Positions 48,764 to 56,815 of a stretch of 64,000 bases of DNA are shown here, piece after piece. The notes below the pieces were generated by a model. It saw only the letters and a list, made by a program, of their open reading frames with translations, did no database searches and was not told the DNA's origin. Made by a program: the position numbers and the translations under genes. Within the stretch, counting starts at the first letter, position 1. Each line of letters opens with the position of its first letter. The DNA is from an uncultured cyanobacterium (lineage in GTDB: Bacteria; Cyanobacteriota; Cyanobacteriia; PCC-9006; JAAUQQ01), in NCBI GenBank assembly GCA_963718615.1, contig OY970368.1:320001-384000 (forward strand), read 5' to 3'.

Positions 48764-48826
48764 GGGGTAACACCCCATTATCAAAAGTAACGAGACCTTC
48801 ACCCCTGAGGGGGGTCATCCCCCTCA
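48764..48826. promoter_or_regulatory. Two HetR-type boxes between pmgA and hetR
   Basis: GGGG-TAACA-CCCC (48764-48776) and TGAGGGGG-GTCAT-CCCCCTCA (48806-48826). Confidence 0.6.
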
Positions 48827-48948
48827 AGCAGAAACCCAATCTTTTTGGGGGCCTAGGATTGACTTAACTATTGAGCGGCAAAGGCATACGGCTCTGCCCA
48901 GAAAGACTGGCGAAAATTCCAGTATTTTTGCGGATCTTTGGGCAACTA

Positions 48949-48978
48949 TCTGGACTGCCTAGTTAATTGCTGTATTAT
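48949..48978 (+). promoter_or_regulatory. DIF1-like promoter of hetR
   Basis: TCTGGA-N18-TATTAT, one mismatch to DIF1 TCCGGA. Confidence 0.55.
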
Positions 48979-49116
48979 GGGTAATAATTATTACTTCAAG
49001 AGATGGAAATCCAGCCGCTTACCGGCGGTACTTCGGGTTCGAGTGATTAAGGCCAATTAAAGTCTTTTTAGCCATTGTCATGAACAAACCCCAAATCGTT
49101 TAGGAAGGGTGTTCCC

Positions 49117-50076
49117 GTGCAATCTACTACTACATCCACCAAAGTGTCATCTATCGCAGCGTCCGTAAATTCAAACTCTGCACTCTACGCCAAATTATTT
49201 GATGCGTTAGAGCCCAGTGCCATTGACCAAATTCTGCTCCAGCTTGCAGCAAGCGCTATGCGCATGGGGGGACACCGCTATGGTGCCTTCCTGGATGCGG
49301 CAACCACCGCTGCCAAATGCGCGATTTATACGACCTATTTGGAGCAGGGTCAGAACCTACGGAAAACGGGCGGTCTGCACCATGTTGAGCCCAAACGGGT
49401 AAAGGCGATCGTGCAGGAGATCGACGCCGCGCTGAACGAGGGGAAACTGCTAAAGACGCTTGGCTCTCAAGAACCTCGCTACCTGATTCGCTTTCCGCAC
49501 CTTTGGCTGCAGCAATATCCCTGGAATTCCAATCAACCTCGGCTGTTAACGAATCGTCTGACTCTGGGCGAAAAGCAAAAAATCGAGGAAACGCTTCCCG
49601 ATGATCTGCCCGATGCCTGTTTGCTCAACTCGTTCCAGTTTATGGAATTAATTGAGCTGCTACATATGAAGTCCCAGGACCATTTGCCCCCCGACCGGCG
49701 GATGCCCTTGAGTGAGGCGCTGGCGGAGCATATTAAGCTGCGGTTGCTTTACTCCGGTACGGTGTTGCAGATCGATTCCCCCTGGGGACTGCCTTTCTAC
49801 GCACTGGCTCGGACCTCCTATTCGCCCAAGGGTGAACAAGAGCGAGCCTATGTGGTCATTGAAGACGTGGCTCGGTTCTTCCGCCTGATGCAGGTTTGGG
49901 TGGACGAAAAGCCTGGAGTGATGCGGGCGCTGGAGGCGTTCGATATTGATCCGGCTCGACGGGAAGATGCGCTTCAGGAATTGGACAAATATGTTCAAAG
50001 CTGGGCGGATAAATACCACGTGGAAGGGGGTGAGCCGATGATTATGCAATTGGTTGTGGGCGATCGCGAAGACTAA
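49117..50076 (+). CDS. hetR: Transcriptional regulator HetR
   Basis: GAFLDAATTAAKCAIY..EQGQNLR..EPKRVK..LGSQEPRYLI..LSEALAEHIK..DSPWG..WADKYH. Confidence 0.97.
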   Translation: MQSTTTSTKVSSIAASVNSNSALYAKLFDALEPSAIDQILLQLAASAMRMGGHRYGAFLDAATTAAKCAIYTTYLEQGQNLRKTGGLHHVEPKRVKAIVQEIDAALNEGKLLKTLGSQEPRYLIRFPHLWLQQYPWNSNQPRLLTNRLTLGEKQKIEETLPDDLPDACLLNSFQFMELIELLHMKSQDHLPPDRRMPLSEALAEHIKLRLLYSGTVLQIDSPWGLPFYALARTSYSPKGEQERAYVVIEDVARFFRLMQVWVDEKPGVMRALEAFDIDPARREDALQELDKYVQSWADKYHVEGGEPMIMQLVVGDRED

Positions 50077-50125
50077 ATTCTTTCTGTCTCTCCTCTGTTT
50101 TGTGAATTGTGTTCAGTTTAAATTC

Positions 50126-50152
50126 AAGCGACTCCCTAGGGGTCGCTTTTTT
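50126..50152 (+). terminator. hetR terminator
   Basis: AAGCGACTCC-CTAG-GGGTCGC followed by T6. Confidence 0.8.
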
Positions 50153-50182
50153 GTGGGGATTATTGGGTATCAAAGGCAAAAT

Positions 50183-50935
50183 TCAATATAACGTTCCAAA
50201 CCGATAGCCCTTGCCATAGACCGTATGAATGAGTGGCACTTCGTCGGGGGCTTCGATTTTGCGGCGCAGGAGACGAATTTGGGCAGCGAGGACATTGCTG
50301 GAGGGCTGGCGATCGCCCCCCCACAAAAATGCTTGAATCGCTTCATGGGTCAGCAGTTCCGCCGGATGCTGCATGAGATAGGTCAAGAGCAACGTTTCCT
50401 TTTCTGATAGATCAATCGTGCGCCCCTGGCGTCGGGCTCGGCGGTTGTCTGGATCGAGTTCTAAGTCTTCGACCTGAAGCACTTTGGGTGCGGTGACCCT
50501 TGATGGATCAGAAGTGGTACTAGAGCCTGCGATCGCCTCTGCCATGGGAGGCCGCCGCAGAAGAGCCCGCACCCGCGCCAATAATTCCCGCAGTTCAAAG
50601 GGTTTCATGAGGTAGTCATCGGCTCCGGCATCGAGCCCTTCGACCCGATCATCCAAGGTATCTTTGGCAGTGAGGAACAGGACGGGGGTGCGATCGCCCC
50701 GTTGTCGCAGCCTTTGGCAGAGTTCGAGGCCCGAAACCTGGGGCATCATCCAATCGAGAATCAGCAAACTGTAAATCCCCGTTGACGCCAGGGTTAAACC
50801 AGTTTGGCCATCCTGGGCAATCTCTACCTGATAGCCTTCCTTTTGGAGCACGCGGCCCAGGGGCGTGGTTAGTTCGGGTTCATCATCCACCAGCAAAATT
50901 TGGGGAGAAGCGGGGGAGCGATCGCTGATTGTCAT
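50183..50935 (-). CDS. rppA: OmpR-family response regulator (RppA-like)
   Basis: LLVDDE..LDWMMP..FLTAKDTLDDRVEGLDAGADDY..SNVLAAQIRLLRRKIE..HTVYGKGY. Confidence 0.8.
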   Translation of the reverse strand: MTISDRSPASPQILLVDDEPELTTPLGRVLQKEGYQVEIAQDGQTGLTLASTGIYSLLILDWMMPQVSGLELCQRLRQRGDRTPVLFLTAKDTLDDRVEGLDAGADDYLMKPFELRELLARVRALLRRPPMAEAIAGSSTTSDPSRVTAPKVLQVEDLELDPDNRRARRQGRTIDLSEKETLLLTYLMQHPAELLTHEAIQAFLWGGDRQPSSNVLAAQIRLLRRKIEAPDEVPLIHTVYGKGYRFGTLY

Positions 50936-51083
50936 GGTGATATGTTGGGCGGACCCACGGCCCTTGCTAGAATGGAGCACTGGGAAAGCCAAACCGTCAA
51001 TCTGTGCCTTCTTCTGCGCTTTCTTCTGCGCCTTCTGAGCGCTTGACCTTCACCCTTTTATATTCACCCATTTTCACCCTTTC

Positions 51084-51731
51084 ATGCTAACCGTTGCCCT
51101 TGCCAAAGGTGAATTGCTCAAGGAAAGCATTCGCCTGTTCCAATCCATTGGATTGGATTTTAGTGCCTTCCTGGAGCCGGGAATGCGCCAGCTACAAATC
51201 GAAGATCCCACCGGACAGGCCCGTGCCATGATTGTCCGCAATGGTGATGTGCCGGTGCATGTGGAATATGGCCAAGCGGATCTGGGCATCGTGGGCTATG
51301 ACGTTTTGCGGGAAAAGCAGGCGAAGGTCGCCCAGTTGGTGGATCTGGGGTTTGCCCCCTGTCGGCTTTCTGTGGCGGTGAAAAAGTCGAGTCCCTACCG
51401 CTCGGCGCTGGATCTACCGGCCCACGCCCGTGTGGCATCCAAGTTTGTGGGCTGTGCCAAGGACTATTTTCACGCCCTGGATTTGCCAGTGGACATTATT
51501 TATCTATCGGGGTCCGTAGAGTTGGGGCCAATTACGGGATTGTCGGAGGCGATCGTCGATTTAGTCGCGACGGGGACAACCCTGCGGGAGAACGGTCTGG
51601 TGGAACTGGATGTGATTTTTACGAGCACGGCCCGACTCATTGCCAATCCGCTTAGCTATCGGCTCAATCACAACGGCATTGGCGATATCGTCGAGAAGCT
51701 GCGCCATCTGACGGCTCCAATGGCGATTTAA
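51084..51731 (+). CDS. hisG: ATP phosphoribosyltransferase, short form
   Basis: [39 protein letters not shown]. Confidence 0.96.
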   Translation: MLTVALAKGELLKESIRLFQSIGLDFSAFLEPGMRQLQIEDPTGQARAMIVRNGDVPVHVEYGQADLGIVGYDVLREKQAKVAQLVDLGFAPCRLSVAVKKSSPYRSALDLPAHARVASKFVGCAKDYFHALDLPVDIIYLSGSVELGPITGLSEAIVDLVATGTTLRENGLVELDVIFTSTARLIANPLSYRLNHNGIGDIVEKLRHLTAPMAI

Positions 51732-51764
51732 TTTTGGGATTTAACCTTACGTGGGCTTAACTTT

Positions 51765-52604
51765 ATGAAATCTGCGGCGGTTCAGAATTTTTCTTTGTCG
51801 GTGATTGGGGCGATCGCAGCCCTGCTCTTACTCCTGGGAGCCAATGCCTTTGTGATCATCAACCCAGGCCAAGCGGGAGTCTTGAGTGTTTTGGGTAAAT
51901 CCCAGGATGGGGTCTTGCTCGAAGGGCTCCATGTCAAACCCCCGTTCGTGGGTCAGGTGGATGTGTACGATGTGACCGTGCAAAAGTTTGAGGTTCCAGC
52001 CCAAAGCTCAACGCGGGATTTGCAGGAGCTAACGGCCAGCTTTGCCATTAACTTTCGGCTCGATCCCGATCGCGTTGTCGAAATTCGCCGCAAACAGGGA
52101 AGTTTGCAAAATTTGGTCACCAAAGTCATCGCCCCCCAAACCCAGGAGGCGTTCAAAATTTCTGCCGCCCGCCGCACTGCTGAGGAGTCGATTACCCAAC
52201 GGGAAAAGCTGAAGGAAGATTTTGATATTACGTTGGGTCAGCGGTTGGAAAAATACGGCGTGTTGATTCTCGATACGAGCGTCATTGACCTAAGTTTTTC
52301 GACGGAATTTGCCCGCGCCGTGGAAGAAAAGCAAATCGCTGAACAGCGGGCGCAGCGAGCCGTTTACGTCGCCCAAGAAGCCCAGCAGGAAGCCCAAGCC
52401 GACATTAACCGCGCTCAAGGTAAAGCGGAAGCCCAGCGATTGTTGGCGGAAACGCTGAAGGCAGCGGGGGGTGAGTTGGTGTTGCAGAAGGAGGCGATCG
52501 AGGCTTGGCGCGAGGGTGGAGCCCAAATGCCAAAGGTGTTGGTCATGGGTAAGGACGGGGGCGCGGTGCCGTTTTTGTTTAATGTGGGCGAGATGGGAAA
52601 TTAA
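51765..52604 (+). CDS. Prohibitin/SPFH family protein
   Basis: N-terminal TM helix; FSTEFARAVEEKQIAEQRAQRA. Confidence 0.92.
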   Translation: MKSAAVQNFSLSVIGAIAALLLLLGANAFVIINPGQAGVLSVLGKSQDGVLLEGLHVKPPFVGQVDVYDVTVQKFEVPAQSSTRDLQELTASFAINFRLDPDRVVEIRRKQGSLQNLVTKVIAPQTQEAFKISAARRTAEESITQREKLKEDFDITLGQRLEKYGVLILDTSVIDLSFSTEFARAVEEKQIAEQRAQRAVYVAQEAQQEAQADINRAQGKAEAQRLLAETLKAAGGELVLQKEAIEAWREGGAQMPKVLVMGKDGGAVPFLFNVGEMGN

Positions 52605-54954
52605 ACCTTGACGCTAACGTCGGTTGGGTTGCGCTTTGAGCTTGTTTGAGCGCGGCCTCAAGGGATTGCACCACCGCTGCTTTTTCCATTTCAGTCTGCT
52701 GCCCATACCGCCAACTAACATAGGTTCGTGAAATTGCTTCAGCAACACCATGCCATTCAGGGGAGGCTTGGGCTTGAACTTGGGCGGCGTATTCGTAGGG
52801 GGTTTGGCTGGGGGATTTGGGATGCCCTTGGGCAGCGAGGTTGGAAATCAGTTGTTGATACAAACGTTCAAGGGGGGGGAGTTGGGAGAGATAGTGGCGA
52901 TCGCGCCATCCCCGCCAGCCCATCCAACTTAGCCAACCCAAAAAGGCAAGTCCGACCAGAAGAATCAGGCCCACAAACAAGCCCACAATATCCCGACCCA
53001 GTAGGCCCAAAAGCCAGCCTAGCGCCCGTCCAAGGGTTTGCCCCAGAAAGGCAAATATCGTGTTTAAGCCATTGCGTAGGGGCGAAGGTAACCAGCCTGC
53101 GATCCATTGCCAAAACTTTTTAATCAGACCAAAGGCTGCACTTTCTTCCACAGAAGGGGGAAATAAATCATGACCGGGAATCGGGTCGAAGGCAAACCAG
53201 CCGTAGCCGGGGAAATACATTTCCGTAAGGGCATAGGCATCGGTGTTGCTCACAATATAGAGCCCGGTAAAGGGGTTGAATTGACCGGGGCCAAACCCCA
53301 CCGTGAGCCTTGCCGGGAAGCCCAAGCTCCGCAGCATCAGCGTCAGCGTGGTGGAAAAGTGGTCGGGATACCCCCCTTGATATTGAAACAAAAAGGCTTC
53401 GGCTAAATCGTCGTTCTCATTTAAAAAGGGCAAATTGGGCTGGACCGTGTAGCGCTGTTTAAGCAATTGGGTGAGATAAAGCGCTTTTTCGTAGGGGGAA
53501 GTCAGCGGCTTGGGAGCCGTTGCCAAGAGTTCTTCTGCTTTTTGGCGCAGTTTGGGGGCGATCGCCTCGGGCACTTCGGTATATCGCCGGGTTAGCAGCT
53601 TGGGATAGCCCTGAGAGGCCGCTGCCAGTTGGCTGCGATCGCGATAGGGCACCCGCGACACCACGGTATAGGTCAATCCTTCGCTGAGGGGAACGGGCGA
53701 TCGCAATCCTCCTTCCAAATCCAGCGCCACTTCCTGGGTGGGAAAGTAAAGCTGGGTCGGTTGATGCATGGCTGGGACGAGGTTAGGCAGGTCGCTGACG
53801 AGAGTGTAGGTTTGGATGACTTCACGGCTGCGGCCCCGGACGAGGGAGGGAATTTCAAAGCGATAGCTCCAGGGCGATCGCCGCAGGGTTTGGGTATCTT
53901 CGTTGCGGCTAATTTCCCAGCCCTGGCCGGTGTAGCGGTCAAAAGCCATCACCCGCCAAAAGCCTTCCACCTGGGACCGGACCCGCATGACCACCTTGGG
54001 CGTGAGCGAGCCCCGCAGGTTTTGGTTCATGACGGTGTTGAAGCCGTAGTAATAGTCTTCGTCAGCTTGTCCAGGCCCTTGGGTGGGGCTGCGTCCACGC
54101 CCCTGGACGGCCCTAGGATCGCCTTGCTCTGCACCTTCGAGCTCAGAATTATTGTTCGTGACGTAGCCCGGATTGAAAACCTGACGATTGTCAAATTTAC
54201 CCTGGACATCAATGGGAGCACTGACGGGAAACGTACGCAGTTGATACCCCGGCAGCCGAGGCAAACCGGCAAAGATGGTCAAACCTAAGGCGGCCACGCA
54301 AACTAAGACTAATCCGAGGCGGCGGGGGGCTAAATCCGGTGCGAGTTTGAGGGCGGCAAAGCTGTTCCAGCGGGGATTAGAGGTTGAGTGAGAGGTTGAT
54401 TCGGGGGTGAGACCGAGGCGGGAGCAGTAGTCGAGAACGAGGACCGGCAGGGCGATCGCCAAAAACAAAAACAAAAACACCCCGAACGTCAGCGTCTGGC
54501 TCAGGGTCGCCGCAGATCCCACTAGGATGAGGCCAATCATCATCGAATAGCCCAAATCCTTGCGGCGAGGCAAATCGAAGCTATGCAGCACCTGCAACTG
54601 AATCAACAGTTCGACCAGCACTAGTCGCGTATCGTAGCTGCGGCTGAGCAGATTGGTGAAAAAATAGGCCAGCGCCACGAGCATCCCCAGAGCAATGCCA
54701 AATTTGAGGGCAATGTTGCGCTGATGGCGGCGAAAATAGCTGACGCTGGCTCCGGCAAAGCTGAGGGGCACGGCCCAGCCAATTAGGTTGAGACGATCAG
54801 TTACATCCGCAGCGGCAATGTCGGTGGCGATGATGCCGACGGTAACCAAAAGCTGCACGAGCACCCGTAGGGCGATCGAATCTTCTGTCTGGAGTTTGGG
54901 GCGGGATTGGAGGCGTGTCTGGAGGCGATCGCTTATCTGGGCCAGCATAGGCAA
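52579..54954 (-). CDS. DUF3488/transglutaminase-like/DUF4129 membrane protein (TgpA-like)
   Basis: N-terminal TM block; FWRVMAFDRYTG; GYPDHFS (Cys replaced); GWFAFDP; SQTPYEY. Confidence 0.88.
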   Translation of the reverse strand: MPMLAQISDRLQTRLQSRPKLQTEDSIALRVLVQLLVTVGIIATDIAAADVTDRLNLIGWAVPLSFAGASVSYFRRHQRNIALKFGIALGMLVALAYFFTNLLSRSYDTRLVLVELLIQLQVLHSFDLPRRKDLGYSMMIGLILVGSAATLSQTLTFGVFLFLFLAIALPVLVLDYCSRLGLTPESTSHSTSNPRWNSFAALKLAPDLAPRRLGLVLVCVAALGLTIFAGLPRLPGYQLRTFPVSAPIDVQGKFDNRQVFNPGYVTNNNSELEGAEQGDPRAVQGRGRSPTQGPGQADEDYYYGFNTVMNQNLRGSLTPKVVMRVRSQVEGFWRVMAFDRYTGQGWEISRNEDTQTLRRSPWSYRFEIPSLVRGRSREVIQTYTLVSDLPNLVPAMHQPTQLYFPTQEVALDLEGGLRSPVPLSEGLTYTVVSRVPYRDRSQLAAASQGYPKLLTRRYTEVPEAIAPKLRQKAEELLATAPKPLTSPYEKALYLTQLLKQRYTVQPNLPFLNENDDLAEAFLFQYQGGYPDHFSTTLTLMLRSLGFPARLTVGFGPGQFNPFTGLYIVSNTDAYALTEMYFPGYGWFAFDPIPGHDLFPPSVEESAAFGLIKKFWQWIAGWLPSPLRNGLNTIFAFLGQTLGRALGWLLGLLGRDIVGLFVGLILLVGLAFLGWLSWMGWRGWRDRHYLSQLPPLERLYQQLISNLAAQGHPKSPSQTPYEYAAQVQAQASPEWHGVAEAISRTYVSWRYGQQTEMEKAAVVQSLEAALKQAQSATQPTLASRFNFPSRPH

Positions 54955-55036
54955 ACGATTAGGGGAGAGCCTGCGTTTCCATTGTGCCCGAGGTCAGGCG
55001 GCTTGGGGAAATCGAACGGCACTGCGCAGGCCACCC

Positions 55037-56071
55037 TTACCGATCAATTTTGGCCATTGCCCCCCCAAAGGCAAAGTCTTGAACCATAGGGCTCTGCAAA
55101 AAATCATGGGGAAATCCCAACGTAATCGCGCTCACCTCATCCAGCTTTTGCAGCTGCTCCTCCGAGAGCGAAAACTCCACACAGGCCAAATTATCCTGAA
55201 CCTGGGCCAGTCGACGCGCACCAATAATTGGAATTGTGTGGCGATTTTTCTGTCGGATCCAATTGAGGGCGACTTGGGCGGGCGATCGCTCCAAAATATC
55301 CGCCACCTCCATCACCACATCCGCAATTTGCAAATCCCGCTCCGTAATCCGTCCCGCACTCTCCTCCCGTGCCAGCCGCCCCGTTTCTTCATGCTCCTCC
55401 GGCGGCATGTTGTATTTGCCCGTTAGCACACCGCCCCCCAAAGGACTCCAGGCTGTAACCCCCAGCCCAAACGCATCAGCCATGGGCAACAGATCCCGCT
55501 CCGCCGTCCGTTCCTTCAGAGAATATTCAATCTGTAAGCCAATAAACGGCGTCCAGCCTCGCAACATCGCCAGCGTATTGGCCTGGGACACCACCCAAGC
55601 GGGCGTATCCGAAACCCCAACGTAAAGCACCTTGCCCTGACGCACCAGATCATCCAGCGCCCGCATCACCTCTTCCACCGGCGTCAAACCATCCCAGGCA
55701 TGGAGCCAAAGCAGATCAAGATAATCGAGGTTCAGGCGCTGGAGGCTCGCATCAACCGATTGGACGAGGTTTTTGCGATCGTTCCCCCCTGCATTGATGT
55801 GGCCCTGGCCGGTGTTGAGGCTGTATTTGGTCGCGACGACCCAGCGATCGCGCTCCCCCGCCACAAATTTCCCCACCATCCGCTCACTAGAACCATTGGT
55901 ATAGAGATTCGCCGTATCGATAAAGTTTCCCCCGGCCTCCGCGAAGGCATCGAAAATTTGTCGACTTTCCGCCTCGGCTGCTCCCCAGCCCCAATCTTCG
56001 CCAAACGTCATCGTACCTAGACAGAGTTCCGAAACGCGCAGGCCGCTGGGTCCGAGGAGTTTGTATCGCAT
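55037..56071 (-). CDS. Aldo/keto reductase
   Basis: SGLRVSELCLGTMTFG, FIDTANLY, ATKY, LWLH, WSPLGGG. Confidence 0.95.
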   Translation of the reverse strand: MRYKLLGPSGLRVSELCLGTMTFGEDWGWGAAEAESRQIFDAFAEAGGNFIDTANLYTNGSSERMVGKFVAGERDRWVVATKYSLNTGQGHINAGGNDRKNLVQSVDASLQRLNLDYLDLLWLHAWDGLTPVEEVMRALDDLVRQGKVLYVGVSDTPAWVVSQANTLAMLRGWTPFIGLQIEYSLKERTAERDLLPMADAFGLGVTAWSPLGGGVLTGKYNMPPEEHEETGRLAREESAGRITERDLQIADVVMEVADILERSPAQVALNWIRQKNRHTIPIIGARRLAQVQDNLACVEFSLSEEQLQKLDEVSAITLGFPHDFLQSPMVQDFAFGGAMAKIDR

Positions 56072-56232
56072 GGGTTGCAGGGATAAATGACGAAAACAGA
56101 GCCGAACGGCAAAACCATCTGCACTGTAAAGCCAGACTTTGAGAAGGGGAAGACCCCAGGACCACATTTAAAGGACCGATAGAAGCTCGAAACCCGTGTC
56201 TATGTCAAGAAGTAAAAAGAAACATTAAGTAG

Positions 56233-56415
56233 AACGGGCCTGGGACACCGAGCTTGATATCGTAGTTGTTGTTACGGTTTGTCGGGTGCAATCTTCCGGG
56301 TCCTGATGTCGCTGGGAGACCCCATAACCGAATAGGGTCAGCTTATATAAAGACCTTACCTTTACAAACCCCGCGTTATAAATCAACGGAGCTGCGCCTG
56401 CTCCTGCGGAAAACT
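56233..56415 (-). ncRNA. ssrS: Probable 6S RNA (ssaA/ssrS); boundaries approximate
   Basis: Minus strand GGTAAGGTCTTTATATAA..GGGTCTCCCAGCGACATCAGGACCCGGAAGATTGCACCCGAC resembles cyanobacterial 6S RNA; ~185 nt in an ORF-poor gap. Confidence 0.62.
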
Positions 56416-56643
56416 AAGCGTCATTGCTATTCACAAGCTAACGAAATTAGCCCCGTTGGGTTGATTTTTCAGGTTTGTTGGATGGTGTATCTTGTTATCT
56501 AGTGCTGTGCCGTTTGTAACAGCAAAACCTGCAACAAGCGCTACAGTGCGGTTTTAACCCCAACCACCAGGCACCGCTCGAAGCTGCGAGAACAGCCTCA
56601 AGCGGCTAAGCCCCAAACTGAGTAGACCAGTTCAGAGGCTAAG

Positions 56644-56659
56644 AGTGAATTGTATCACT
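56644..56659. promoter_or_regulatory. CRP-family-like palindrome
   Basis: AGTGA-ATTGTA-TCACT. Confidence 0.35.
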
Positions 56660-56815
56660 TTGTAACGCTTCTGCCCGCTTCGCTTGGGACGCGCTATGGA
56701 GGTTGGGGTTTCTACTTGAACGTGTTAATGAGTATTTTTGCCTAGTTTTCGCTCTATTTCCGCGATTTGGGCCAGTCTTAGGAATTTGGTTTTGTCGTTT
56801 AGCTTCATCAAAACT

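Noticed and set aside
56290-56310. SRP RNA, suggested by TCAGGACCCGGAAG on the minus strand
   Set aside because: It lacks the following AGCAG of helix 8; the wider context fits 6S RNA better.
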